Below, in pieces: positions 19,494 through 29,223 of a DNA stretch of 53,208 nucleotides (positions are counted from its first letter, which is position 1; every line of letters begins with the position of its first letter). The stretch lies in the NCBI GenBank assembly GCA_017959965.1, contig JAGCZO010000157.1, forward strand, positions 1 through 53,208, in the 5' to 3' direction. Below the pieces are notes generated by a model. It was not told the origin of the DNA and did no database searches. It saw only the letters and a program-made list of their open reading frames with translations. The stretch is from Clostridia bacterium. GTDB taxonomy: Bacteria > Bacillota > Clostridia > UBA1212. The position numbers and the translations under genes are program-made.

Positions 19494-20108
19494 TTATCTT
19501 TCAGGCATATCATCCGGAGAAGCCTGAGCGATGTTGATCTCAAATCCCGCTTTCGCAAAGGACGCTTTGCAGAAGGCGTAGGGGGCTTCCGGCGTAACAG
19601 TGACCACCGGCATGTTGGAGGCCCTGGTGGCGGTGTGAGTGAGGTGGACCTGATGCTGTCCGAAGGGAACGCTGACTCTGACGGATTCTTTATTGCCAAG
19701 GTGTCCGAAGGGCTGACTGTCGATGTAAATGCCCATTCCGACTGCGCAGCCCATCATGTTGCCCATGCGGTAGATCTGTATGAAGCCGCCCTTTTTGAGC
19801 GGGGCTCCGCAGGTGGGGCAGGCGGTCTGGCTGTCGTTGCCGTCGAAAACGTGGCCCCCGTCGCAGCGGTATCTGACCTTGACGGCCGCAAACCGGCGGT
19901 TGAAGGTCTCAAGGTAGGGACCGGGAACGGTACTGTACTGAACACCGCCCGGGACGGGCCGGGAAACAGGCTGCGGGTCAGGCTGATAAACGGGTATTGG
20001 CTGTGGTGCGGGCTGTGGGGCAACGTTGACTGAGCGGCGGAAGCCGCAGGCGGGACAGAACTGTGCTGTGGGGTTTACCGATTTTCCGCATTTCGAACAA
20101 AATGGCAT
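19494..20108 (-). CDS. Zinc-ribbon domain protein
   Basis: FCSKCG..FCPACG, Pro/Gln linker, second C..H/CPTC site, beta-rich C-terminal domain; GGAGG RBS. Confidence 0.7.
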   Translation of the reverse strand: MPFCSKCGKSVNPTAQFCPACGFRRSVNVAPQPAPQPIPVYQPDPQPVSRPVPGGVQYSTVPGPYLETFNRRFAAVKVRYRCDGGHVFDGNDSQTACPTCGAPLKKGGFIQIYRMGNMMGCAVGMGIYIDSQPFGHLGNKESVRVSVPFGQHQVHLTHTATRASNMPVVTVTPEAPYAFCKASFAKAGFEINIAQASPDDMPER

Positions 20109-20204
20109 GGCTTTGATCCTCCGAAAAAAATTGTCAAAAATTTTGGTTACTATGAAATATTTCGCATTTCTGCGGGAATATGATACAAACTAAAAGTGCG
20201 GCTG

Positions 20205-21683
20205 TCAACCCGGACCGGTACGGAGCATGTATTTTCTGATGAAATACGAGGGGGTGCAGCTCCAGGCGTGGCAGAAGCTGTTCATAGCGGGAGAGCCGTA
20301 GGGTGAGGCTTCCGGATCTCCGGGCACGAATACCTCGGGGAAGCAGTCATAGCCGCGGTCAAGCATTCCGCCCCAATAGCTTTTGAGCAGGGCAAAAGCT
20401 TCGTCCTTAAGACCGGAAAGGATAAGCGCTTCGACGAAATAATGCATCGCATAGGGCGCCACGGGACTCACAAGCTCCGCTTTGAGAGCCGCCTTCATCA
20501 TTTCTTTCTGCTCCCGGGGCCCGAGAACTCCTGCGAGTGCCGCCCACATCTGGGAGTGGGCCGACAGCTGACCTGAGGCTCCCCGGAAAAGACGGATATC
20601 GGGGGAATACATATCAAGCAGCGCCGATGAAACGTCTTTGATCCGTTCTTCCAACGAAGCTTGTTCCCAGGCTGTGCCCACGGTATCGGCGAGATAAAGA
20701 GCCTCTTTGAACATTGCCAGGATCATTCCGAGGGCGGCGCAGGACTTGTCAAGAGACGGACACCAGTCGATGAAGAAAAGGTCGACGTTGGCGGAACGGC
20801 CGCACTGTTCGAAACTTTTGTAAGCAAGCTCGGTCTGGCGGTAAGCGGCGGGCCAGAGCTCCTTCAAAACGCCAATGTCACCCGTTGCCCTGTAGTAGTC
20901 TGCCAGGGCTCCGACAAAAAGCAGGGCGTAGTCATGGAGCACCCAGGACTGGTTTTTAAGCACCGGCTCGTGGAAGACCGCTGAGGAAAGAAGCCCGTCG
21001 TCATGGGGGAGGCCGGCGAACAGATACAGACAGCGGAGGACCAGGCCGTTGTTTTTGAAGGTATAATAGTTCGTCTTGGCCTGGAGGTAAAGGTCGCCCA
21101 GCCAGAGCCTCCGGTCCCTCTTGGGGCCGTCCTCGAAGACCTGCTGCATGCAGTCTCTGAGCGTCAGGAGGGAGACCTTGTCAAGCTTCACGAGAAGGGG
21201 GTCCGTGTTTTCCGGAAGAGGCGCGACCTTGGTCATATCGGCGGAGGTCACGGCCCTCACAAAACAGTCCTTGTACACCACGGAGTAGCTGGTGTTTGAC
21301 GGAAAGCGGATCTTCACGTATCTGAAGGAGTAGCGGCGGTGAAGCTCGATGGGCGCGTAAGGATCGTCAATGAGTACGCTTGCGTTCTGGAACCAGGAGC
21401 GGGACATGCCGCCGGTGTAGGGCTCATCCGTATTTTCCCGCAAATTTTCGAAAAATCTGAACTCGACTGCCAGCGGCGCGTCCGCCGCGTCGTCCCCGGG
21501 CCTTTTCACGTCAAGGGCCAGCGTCAGATAACCGACGAAATGGGAGCCGAAATCCAGAGTGAAACCGTCTCCGTCCCTCATCAGTCTGTCCTTGCCGGGC
21601 ATTCCGGAGACCGGCCGCACCGTCGTCTCGTAAAGGACGGGCATAAGGTCATGCGCTTTTTTCAAAAAACGGTCATCCTTCAT
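20205..21683 (-). CDS. GH78-like alpha-L-rhamnosidase family protein (no signal peptide)
   Basis: LDFGSHFVGY, RYSFRYV, DGPKRDRRLWLGD, SFCHAWS; ATG at 21683 overlaps the upstream TGA (ATGA). Confidence 0.8.
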   Translation of the reverse strand: MKDDRFLKKAHDLMPVLYETTVRPVSGMPGKDRLMRDGDGFTLDFGSHFVGYLTLALDVKRPGDDAADAPLAVEFRFFENLRENTDEPYTGGMSRSWFQNASVLIDDPYAPIELHRRYSFRYVKIRFPSNTSYSVVYKDCFVRAVTSADMTKVAPLPENTDPLLVKLDKVSLLTLRDCMQQVFEDGPKRDRRLWLGDLYLQAKTNYYTFKNNGLVLRCLYLFAGLPHDDGLLSSAVFHEPVLKNQSWVLHDYALLFVGALADYYRATGDIGVLKELWPAAYRQTELAYKSFEQCGRSANVDLFFIDWCPSLDKSCAALGMILAMFKEALYLADTVGTAWEQASLEERIKDVSSALLDMYSPDIRLFRGASGQLSAHSQMWAALAGVLGPREQKEMMKAALKAELVSPVAPYAMHYFVEALILSGLKDEAFALLKSYWGGMLDRGYDCFPEVFVPGDPEASPYGSPAMNSFCHAWSCTPSYFIRKYMLRTGPG

Positions 21684-24184
21684 TTCTCTTTGCGCCTCTT
21701 TGTTTTTTTGCATAACGCCAATGCGCCCGCGGCAAGGGCCGCCGGAAGAGCTCCCGCAGAGACCCCGGCGCCGCAGCCGGAGGGATCCTTGCCCGCGGGG
21801 TATGCCGCGGCCGCGAACTGGTATTTAAACCTTCCGCCGGGGGCGGTATCTCCCTTGGTGTAAAGCTCCAGAGGATCGCTGCCGTCCGCAAGGTTGTTGT
21901 CCGCCCATTTAAAATTCAACACGAAGGGAACTCCTCTGCCGAGGCCCAGGGCCTCACGGGGGATCTTCAGCTGAAGGATGTTGGCGTTTACCGAAAGCTC
22001 TGCCTCGCCGGTCTTTTCCCAGCTCCAGCCGCCGGAGGATCTCTCAACGGCAGTTATGGAGGAGGCGCCGGGGCTCAGACGGTTGACGATATAATTGAAG
22101 GATTCCCAGGATGGAAGCTTCACTGCCTTGCCGTTTACGGACTCAACGTCTATCAGGAGCCTCATCCAGAGTTCGTCCGTCGGAGACGTGATGTCTTCTG
22201 CAGTTTCGACTCTGAAATACACGAAGTCATTGTCGTAGGAGGCTTTGGCGGACACGATATCGTTGCGGCCGCTCTGATCCTGATACAAGTAATACTCGCC
22301 GGTGGCCTCGTTTTTGTATCCCTTGCAGTCTCTGTCAAATGTGTCGCCGGGGTAGCTCTCGTAAACGAGCTTAACGTCGTCCCAGCCTGCGCCGGTACCG
22401 ATGTCAATTGTGGCGGGCTCCTCCGCTACCGAAGCGGCGGGAACGCCTTTGTACTTTCTGATGAAGCTGCAGAGCTGGTAGTAGTAATTGTCCTTCAGGT
22501 CGCCTTTCGAGGGCTCGATGTCGCGGCTTAATTCGTCGCTGAAATTGTCTGGAAAAGCGTTTTCGACGCCCCAGAAGTCCTCAAAGCGGCCGGCGACGCC
22601 TTCGTTCCAGCCTGTGACCCATATGAACTCGGGATCCACGCTGAGGGCATACTCCCATTGCTCCTGAAAGTACGCTCCGTAGAGTTTGGCGTCGGGACGG
22701 CTGTCGTAATCGCCTTTCGAAGGCATATAGTGGCGCCCGAAGACCTTGAACTTGTCGTTGTTCATGGCCGTAAGGTGTGTCTCGGCGCACCAGTTGTGGG
22801 CAATGGCCACTGCGACCTCCTCGGGGGTGCCGTCAGGGTTCCTGTTTATGAGCTGGGGGGTGGTGGAGATCCAGTTCCAGAGCTGAAAGCTGTCCGTCAC
22901 CTCGGACTGGATGGCTCCCATGACGATGGGATCGCCGGATTCGCTCTGTACCTGGACGTGGTCCCGGGACTGGGCGTGGTTGATCACCCGGTAGTTGAAG
23001 AATTCGTAGATCTCCTTGTCCTCTTCCTTAGAAAGGTTCAGCCTTCCGGGATAGCCAACCATGAGGGGCTTGCCCTTCCAGTAAAACCAAAGCTCCCTAT
23101 AGAGTCCGTCCTTGTAGATATTTTTGTAGATCTCCCGGAGCTGGACCGCCACGTCGTTGTACTCGAACATGGGAAGCATGAAGGATATCTTCGGCGTGTT
23201 CACTCCGTCGGCCCTGGCGAGAGACCAGACCTTCAGCAGCGTCAGAACGTCGTCAATGAAGGTGGCGGTGCCGTTGGTGTTGTCGAAGAACACCGCATCC
23301 ACTCCCGCATCGGCAAGGAGCTCAGCCTGGCGCCTCAGGACCCATTCGTCGGAGCTTCTGTAGTAGCCCCAGATCGGCTCGTTCCAATGGTACGCGCCGG
23401 CGTGTCCCCAGAGAGGACTTGAATAGTCGTTCTTTATCTCGGGGTGCTCCCGAAGTATCTCCGTGATGTTCCTTGTGCCCGATGCGGTGAGACTGGTGTG
23501 CCAGGTGTGGAAGAAAAGTCCCACAGTTTTGTTTTCCCTTACGGTGCTGCTGTAGGAATTGTCAACGGTCCTGCCAAGCTCGTCGATGGCCACCCAGGTG
23601 CCTTGCGAAGAGACGAGCTTCACAACGTTTTCGGAGATCCCCGCCAAAGTGCCCCCGGCGTCTTTAAAAATGATCCTCGAAAGGATATTCCCCTGCCTGA
23701 CGGAGGCGTTGAAGTAGGTCCTTGCGTAGGGCGAGACCGCGGAATCGATGCTCAGCCGGACGCCTCCCAAAGTGTTCTTGATCAGGGCAACGTACTCTCC
23801 CGCAGGCGCCGGACAGTCCATCCGAAGCCAGGTCTGCATGTCGAAATCCTCGAATTTCCGCGTGAAAATCGCACTGCTCCGGGCAGACTCCCCATAGCTT
23901 CCCTTCCATTCGTGAAGCTCCACGGTGAGGCTCGTACCGCTCCCGGAAGCCGTCTTGGCAACGTATATTTCGAAAGCGTCTATTTCCTGACACGATTTAA
24001 ACTGTATGCCGTAGATATTGCCCGCGGTCTTTTCAAGGGAAAAGTCCGACTCCGGGCAGCACAAATACTGATAGCTTCCGGCCGCCATAGATCTTAAAAC
24101 ACCCCCGGTGAAAAATGAGGAGGCGACTGCCGCCAATGCGACCGTTACCGCCAATGTGATCCTGATAAATCGTTTTATACTCAT
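21680..24184 (-). CDS. Secreted GH71/GH99-like putative glycoside hydrolase, paralogue A; C-terminal SGCG-TM-basic tail
   Basis: Signal peptide; DELGR, VGLFFHTW, HWNEPIWGYY, DAGVD..FFDNTN, VTGWNE, SRDIEP, FKWADN, GDTAPGGRF. Confidence 0.7.
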   Translation of the reverse strand: MSIKRFIRITLAVTVALAAVASSFFTGGVLRSMAAGSYQYLCCPESDFSLEKTAGNIYGIQFKSCQEIDAFEIYVAKTASGSGTSLTVELHEWKGSYGESARSSAIFTRKFEDFDMQTWLRMDCPAPAGEYVALIKNTLGGVRLSIDSAVSPYARTYFNASVRQGNILSRIIFKDAGGTLAGISENVVKLVSSQGTWVAIDELGRTVDNSYSSTVRENKTVGLFFHTWHTSLTASGTRNITEILREHPEIKNDYSSPLWGHAGAYHWNEPIWGYYRSSDEWVLRRQAELLADAGVDAVFFDNTNGTATFIDDVLTLLKVWSLARADGVNTPKISFMLPMFEYNDVAVQLREIYKNIYKDGLYRELWFYWKGKPLMVGYPGRLNLSKEEDKEIYEFFNYRVINHAQSRDHVQVQSESGDPIVMGAIQSEVTDSFQLWNWISTTPQLINRNPDGTPEEVAVAIAHNWCAETHLTAMNNDKFKVFGRHYMPSKGDYDSRPDAKLYGAYFQEQWEYALSVDPEFIWVTGWNEGVAGRFEDFWGVENAFPDNFSDELSRDIEPSKGDLKDNYYYQLCSFIRKYKGVPAASVAEEPATIDIGTGAGWDDVKLVYESYPGDTFDRDCKGYKNEATGEYYLYQDQSGRNDIVSAKASYDNDFVYFRVETAEDITSPTDELWMRLLIDVESVNGKAVKLPSWESFNYIVNRLSPGASSITAVERSSGGWSWEKTGEAELSVNANILQLKIPREALGLGRGVPFVLNFKWADNNLADGSDPLELYTKGDTAPGGRFKYQFAAAAYPAGKDPSGCGAGVSAGALPAALAAGALALCKKTKRRKEK

Positions 24185-24257
24185 ACTTTTGTCCTTCGGA
24201 TATCGCCAAAATATCCGGCATTTGTTCTCCTGTGTGTCCGGAGGAACCTCTTCACCG

Positions 24258-25004
24258 TCAGTCGATCCCCGACGGGCTGAGAGGCCCGTATTTATTGGCA
24301 GGAGTCTTAAGGTACTTGATGTTCATGCAGACGGACACGTCGTACCAGACCTCGTCGTCAAGGTACGATCGCTGACATTCGCACTCCGAGTCCATGTACC
24401 AGACGCCGGAATTCTTCATGTTTTCACTCGAATAGTATTCCGCCGTAAGCACGTACTCACCGGCGGGGAGGCTGTCGACCTTGAGAGGCACGTTGGCGCC
24501 GTCCGCCCAGTTCTCAAAACTGCCCCCGGCAACAGGCCTTCCGGCCACAGTGTGCGGAAAGTCCCTGTCCCATTTGTAGAGAGTGTAATCCAGCGAATAG
24601 CCGTCCTTTGCCGTCCACGTGGGTGACTCAAACCCGACGCCGGAAAAATCGGCGGTGGCGTAGAACTGCACGGCAATGGAATGCCCGGTCCCGCAAAAAG
24701 GTTCTTTCGTGCCTCCGGAGGGATACATTGCGAACGACAAGGGCTTATCCTTCACGATGCCTCCGGAATAGTCGACGGCTGCTTCGGGCTCCTTGGTGGG
24801 AGAGGGCGCGGCGGCTTCCTCCCCCGACGTGGGAGCGGGAGTCGTTGTGGGGACCTCGGCCTTTTCGGAAGCGGGAGTCTCCGTGCCGGCAGAGGGAACG
24901 GAAACGTCCGGCTCTTTTACGCCGCAGCCCGCAAGGACGCAGAAAGCCGTCAGAACCAAAAAGATAAAGATGACGGCGCGCAGTTTTCTCTGATTTACTG
25001 CCAA
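24258..25004 (-). CDS. Lipoprotein with PT linker and beta-rich putative binding module
   Basis: Lipobox LAGC; TTG at 25004 follows GGGAG at suitable spacing (start uncertain); SPTW..LYKW..LPAGEY module. Confidence 0.7.
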   Translation of the reverse strand: MAVNQRKLRAVIFIFLVLTAFCVLAGCGVKEPDVSVPSAGTETPASEKAEVPTTTPAPTSGEEAAAPSPTKEPEAAVDYSGGIVKDKPLSFAMYPSGGTKEPFCGTGHSIAVQFYATADFSGVGFESPTWTAKDGYSLDYTLYKWDRDFPHTVAGRPVAGGSFENWADGANVPLKVDSLPAGEYVLTAEYYSSENMKNSGVWYMDSECECQRSYLDDEVWYDVSVCMNIKYLKTPANKYGPLSPSGID

Positions 25005-25076
25005 TAGCTTCACTCCCTTTTCCGCGAATCGAAAGCAGATCAAAAGTCAAATCAAGGTGTACAAAAATCAAAAATA

Positions 25077-25105
25077 AATATATCAGATTTCCGGAGACAA
25101 AACAA
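25077..25105 (-). promoter_or_regulatory. Putative promoter of the lipoprotein/paralogue A/GH78 operon
   Basis: Minus strand TTGTTT-17 nt-TATATT with extended TG. Confidence 0.45.
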
Positions 25106-25119
25106 GATTTTCGGCAGCT

Positions 25120-25141
25120 CAATGCGGCGCAATGCGGCGCA
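25120..25141. repeat. 10-bp tandem repeat containing GCGGCGCAATG
   Basis: CAATGCGGCG x2 followed by CA. Confidence 0.7.
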
Positions 25142-25270
25142 TAATTGCCGGAAGCGATAACGCCGGTAAGCGCCGGGGATCCTTCTCCGCGGGGCCCCAC
25201 TCCCTCCTTTTTTTCCCCGGCGGGGTGTAGTATAATTGGCTTGCAAAAGCAACTGAAAAGAGGGAAAAAA

Positions 25271-27850
25271 GTGAACGGATCAAAACGTTTTATTGTCAGG
25301 ATCGCATTGGCGGCAGTCGCCGCGGTAATTCTCGCGGGAATATCGGCGTTTTCGGGAGGATCCGCGGCCGCGGAAGACGCAGGCTCTGTCGTGTACCCTT
25401 TGTGGTACGAAAAATACGGCGCCCGGGACGAGGACACGTGGAAACCGGGCATGAGTGTCCAGTACCAGATATCGACCACTGTGCCGATAAAATCCGTGAC
25501 GCTGAACTATTTTCACTCCACGTCCTCAGAGACGGGACCTGTCGGACTTGAGTTCACGGTGAGAGTGTACAAGTGGGACACCAATATTCTGCAGTCCATC
25601 GGGGCGGAGCCTATATTAACGCAAAAATGCGTATCATATGAGAAAAAGGAAGCCGATTCGGACTACGCGGTCACATGCGATATGTCCGCCGATCCCCTTC
25701 CAAAGGGTGAATACGTTTTTGAATTCGAGAACAATAACAGCTTTTCAGTTTTGCTGTCGAGGCTCATGCCCGCGCCCACGGGCGTCAGGAGCTACCTGGC
25801 GGGAAGGGGCTGGTACGGTTCATTCCCCGGCAGCATTGAATTTACGGAGGACGCGAAATTCGTTTTCCGCTCCGCCACGTCAAACTATAAGCTTGTCTAC
25901 AACGAACCCCCGGAGGAGCCTGTGCTGACCGAGGACGACCCCATCGTTTCCCTTGGCGTCGATTCCACAAAGTGGGGCGCGGTGGACGGCCTGGGAAGAA
26001 CTCTGCCGGACAACAGTGAGACCGGCGATAAGAAGGAAAAGCTCGTCGGCATTTTCTACTGGACTTGGCACATGGGAAACCGCTCCAAGGAAAATCCCAA
26101 AAACATTAACAATATTCTTGAGGAATATCCTGAGGCGGTGAACGACTACTACCATCAGGTGTGGCAGACGGGAGGCGCCAATTTCTGGAATGAGCCCATA
26201 TACGGATACTATATCGAATCGGACGACTACGTTCTCAGAAAGCACGCGGAGCTGCTTGCGGACGCGGGCATTGACTTTGTTCTTTTCGACTGCACGAACG
26301 GCTCCATGGTGTGGACCGAAGCCTACATGAATCTGCTCAGGGTCTGGTCCGATGCCCGCAAGGACGGTGTAAAAACTCCTAAAATTGCGTTTATGATGCA
26401 ATTTGACTACAGCGGCAACACCAGGGCCTCCCTCTGGGATATCTACACGAACCTCTACAAGAAAGGATTTTACAAGGATCTTTGGTTCTATCTTGACGGC
26501 AAGCCCATGGTGATGGCCTGGGAGACGGGACTTGACACCAACGTCGGCGATGAGGCCGAGATCAGGTCCTTCTTCACCTACAGACATCCCATTGCCGGCT
26601 ACTGGGCCCAGGACGGAACCGACGACAGCTGGGGCTGGCTCAGCGCGTATCCCCAGGCCTGCTACTACAACGAGGACGGCACGGTGGAAATGACCACGGT
26701 GGGTATTGCCCAGAACGCCAATTACGAGACCCGGAGTCTCAGCGCCATGAACAGCGGCAAAAACATGGGCCGGTCCTACGCCGCGCAGCCGAATTATTCC
26801 TACAGCTACACTTACCGGGGACGAAGGATCACGGTGGACTCCAAGATCGAGAACAGCAAGCTCTACGGCCGCAATTTCCAGGAGCAGTGGGACTACGCCA
26901 TCTCCAAGGACCCGGAGATAGTTTTCGTGACGGGCTGGAACGAATGGATCATGGGCAGGTACGAGGAATGGTGCGGCGTCAGCAACGCCTTCCCGGATCA
27001 GTGCAACGACGAGAACTCCAGAGACATTGAACCCTCAAAAGGCGACCTCAAGGACTATTACTACTACCAGCTCGTCGCCAACGTCAGACGCTTCAAGGGG
27101 ACCTCGGAGCAGGACTATCAGCCGGACCCGAAGACTATTGATTTCTCAGGCGAAATGAGCCAATGGGACGACCCCTCGATCGTGACCTACAACCACTACG
27201 CGAATAATACTTTGCCAAGGAACAACATCGGCTTCGGCGAGCTGAAATACGTTTCCGAAGGTATCAGAAACGACTTCGTACAGACGAAAGTCTCCTACGA
27301 CAAAGACAATCTGTGGTTCTACGTAAAGACCGCCTCAGGCATAACTCCCTTCGAGGCCGGCAACTGGATGACTCTGCTCATAGACTCCCGGGCTGCCACG
27401 GCGTTTTCGAAGGACTGGGAGGACTTCGAATACATAATAGGGCGCGAAGGCACCACGGAGGATACGATGGTCCTGGAAAAGAGCACCGGCGGCTGGAACT
27501 GGGAATCCGTGGGAAACGTCAAATACCGCGTGTCGGGAAATGAAATGGTGATCGAGGTGCCCCGGAAGCTGCTGGGCGGCGCGGGCAGCTCCCTTGATTT
27601 CGGTTTCAAGTGGTGCGACAATAACCTTGCCGAGGGCGACATAATGGACCTTTACACGGACGGGGACGCGGCCCCCGGCGGAAGGTTCGTGTTCAGATTC
27701 GCGACGAAGCCCTCAGTTAAAAACGGCTGGGTGATACCGGTGATCATAGTCTGCTGCGCAGTCGCGGCGGCGGCCGCATTGGCGGTCGTGATCGTCGTTC
27801 TTAAGAAGAAAAAAGCGGAAAAACCCGCCGAAAACGTTAAAAACGATTGA
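25271..27850 (+). CDS. Secreted GH71/GH99-like putative glycoside hydrolase, paralogue B; C-terminal TM anchor
   Basis: GTG start 25271 gives a signal peptide; DGLGR, VGIFYWTW, FWNEPIYGYY, DAGIDFVLFDCTN, VTGWNEW, SRDIEP, FKWCDN, GDAAPGGRF; hydrophobic tail plus KKKK. Confidence 0.7.
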   Translation: MNGSKRFIVRIALAAVAAVILAGISAFSGGSAAAEDAGSVVYPLWYEKYGARDEDTWKPGMSVQYQISTTVPIKSVTLNYFHSTSSETGPVGLEFTVRVYKWDTNILQSIGAEPILTQKCVSYEKKEADSDYAVTCDMSADPLPKGEYVFEFENNNSFSVLLSRLMPAPTGVRSYLAGRGWYGSFPGSIEFTEDAKFVFRSATSNYKLVYNEPPEEPVLTEDDPIVSLGVDSTKWGAVDGLGRTLPDNSETGDKKEKLVGIFYWTWHMGNRSKENPKNINNILEEYPEAVNDYYHQVWQTGGANFWNEPIYGYYIESDDYVLRKHAELLADAGIDFVLFDCTNGSMVWTEAYMNLLRVWSDARKDGVKTPKIAFMMQFDYSGNTRASLWDIYTNLYKKGFYKDLWFYLDGKPMVMAWETGLDTNVGDEAEIRSFFTYRHPIAGYWAQDGTDDSWGWLSAYPQACYYNEDGTVEMTTVGIAQNANYETRSLSAMNSGKNMGRSYAAQPNYSYSYTYRGRRITVDSKIENSKLYGRNFQEQWDYAISKDPEIVFVTGWNEWIMGRYEEWCGVSNAFPDQCNDENSRDIEPSKGDLKDYYYYQLVANVRRFKGTSEQDYQPDPKTIDFSGEMSQWDDPSIVTYNHYANNTLPRNNIGFGELKYVSEGIRNDFVQTKVSYDKDNLWFYVKTASGITPFEAGNWMTLLIDSRAATAFSKDWEDFEYIIGREGTTEDTMVLEKSTGGWNWESVGNVKYRVSGNEMVIEVPRKLLGGAGSSLDFGFKWCDNNLAEGDIMDLYTDGDAAPGGRFVFRFATKPSVKNGWVIPVIIVCCAVAAAAALAVVIVVLKKKKAEKPAENVKND

Positions 27851-27875
27851 ACGGACTCCGGTGAAGTGGTAAAAT
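27847..27875 (+). promoter_or_regulatory. Putative sigma-A promoter of the oxidoreductase operon
   Basis: TTGAAC-17 nt-TAAAAT with extended TG. Confidence 0.6.
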
Positions 27876-27926
27876 TCCCGGTTTGAATAACACTTTTCTC
27901 TGCGCAAACAGGCGCAAGGAGGTTCT

Positions 27927-28133
27927 ATGGCTAAAGTTACTTTTGATATCGACAGATGCAAGGGCTGCAGACATTGTGTGGCTGCCTGCCCGAAAAAGAT
28001 CGTTGTGATCCGCGAGGACGTCCTTAATAAGAACGGCTACCATCCCGCGGGAGTTCTTGAAATGGAAAAATGCATCGGCTGCGCGTCGTGCGCTACAATG
28101 TGCCCCGACTGCGTTATTACTGTTGAAAGGTAA
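27927..28133 (+). CDS. 2x[4Fe-4S] ferredoxin-like delta subunit of 2-oxoacid:ferredoxin oxidoreductase
   Basis: CKGCRHCVAACP and CIGCASCATMCP. Confidence 0.92.
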   Translation: MAKVTFDIDRCKGCRHCVAACPKKIVVIREDVLNKNGYHPAGVLEMEKCIGCASCATMCPDCVITVER

Positions 28134-28145
28134 GGAGGCGGAAAC

Positions 28146-29210
28146 ATGGGTGAAAGAATTCTTATGAAGGGAAACGAGGTCATTGCCGAGGCTGCGCTCA
28201 GAGCGGGCTGCAGGCACTATTTCGGATATCCCATCACCCCTCAGACAGAGGTGGCCCACTACATGGCGAAAAAGATGGAGCAGCTGGGCGGCACCTTCGT
28301 GCAGGCTGAGAGCGAGGTCGCGGCTATAAATATGGTCTACGGCGCGGCCAGCGCAGGCGTAAGAGCCATGACGTCATCCTCCAGCCCCGGCATATCCCTC
28401 AAGCAGGAAGGCATTTCCTATTCCGCCGGCTCCGAGCTTCCCATGGTCATCATTGACATCGTGAGATGCGGCCCGGGCCTCGGAGGCATCCTTCCGGCCC
28501 AGTGCGACTATTTCCAAATGGTCAAGGGCGGCGGACACGGCGACTACCACCTTCCGGTGCTTGCTCCCTGCAGCGTGCAGGAAATGTACGAGCTGGTGGT
28601 GGAAGCCTTCAATATTGCCGATAAATACAGGAATCCCGTTGTCGTCATGGGCGACGGATACCTTGGCCAGATGATGGAAGCCGTCACCTTCAGGGACGAG
28701 GAACCCATCTACAAAGCGGACAAGTCCGGCTGGGCTGCCTGCGGAAGCAAGCTGGAAAGACCCCACCACACGATAACCTCCATTTACATCGAAGCGGACG
28801 TGCTGGAGGCCCACAACGTAAAGCTCCAGAAGAAATACGCCGAGATCAAGGCCAATGAGACCCGGGTGGAGGAGTTCAACTGCGAAGGCGCCGACATCAT
28901 CATCACCGCCTACGGAACCATCTCCAGGATCGTGAAGAACGTGATCAAGGACGCCGAGAAGGAGGGCATAAAAGTCGGTCTGATCAGGCCCATTACCCTC
29001 TGGCCGTTCCCCTCGGAGTCGTTTGAAAAGTACGCCGGTAAAGTGAAGAGCTTCCTCTGCGTTGAAATGAGCGCCGGCCAGATGATCGAGGACGTTAAGC
29101 TTGCCGTCAACGGCAGAAACGAAGTCAGGTTCTACGGCAGAACGGGAGGCAACGTACCCTCCCAGAACGAGATCTTAGAACAGGTCCGCGTCATCGCGGC
29201 ACAAAAGTAA
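28146..29210 (+). CDS. vorB: 2-oxoacid:ferredoxin oxidoreductase alpha subunit (3-methyl-2-oxobutanoate dehydrogenase VorB type)
   Basis: GYPITPQ, QAESE, TSSSSPG, KGGGHGD, RPITLWPFP. Confidence 0.88.
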   Translation: MGERILMKGNEVIAEAALRAGCRHYFGYPITPQTEVAHYMAKKMEQLGGTFVQAESEVAAINMVYGAASAGVRAMTSSSSPGISLKQEGISYSAGSELPMVIIDIVRCGPGLGGILPAQCDYFQMVKGGGHGDYHLPVLAPCSVQEMYELVVEAFNIADKYRNPVVVMGDGYLGQMMEAVTFRDEEPIYKADKSGWAACGSKLERPHHTITSIYIEADVLEAHNVKLQKKYAEIKANETRVEEFNCEGADIIITAYGTISRIVKNVIKDAEKEGIKVGLIRPITLWPFPSESFEKYAGKVKSFLCVEMSAGQMIEDVKLAVNGRNEVRFYGRTGGNVPSQNEILEQVRVIAAQK

Positions 29211-29223
29211 GGAGGCGAGCACT

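Noticed and set aside
24745-25479. 244-aa minus-strand ORF across the divergent promoter region
   Set aside because: Overlaps two better-supported genes and looks non-coding in composition
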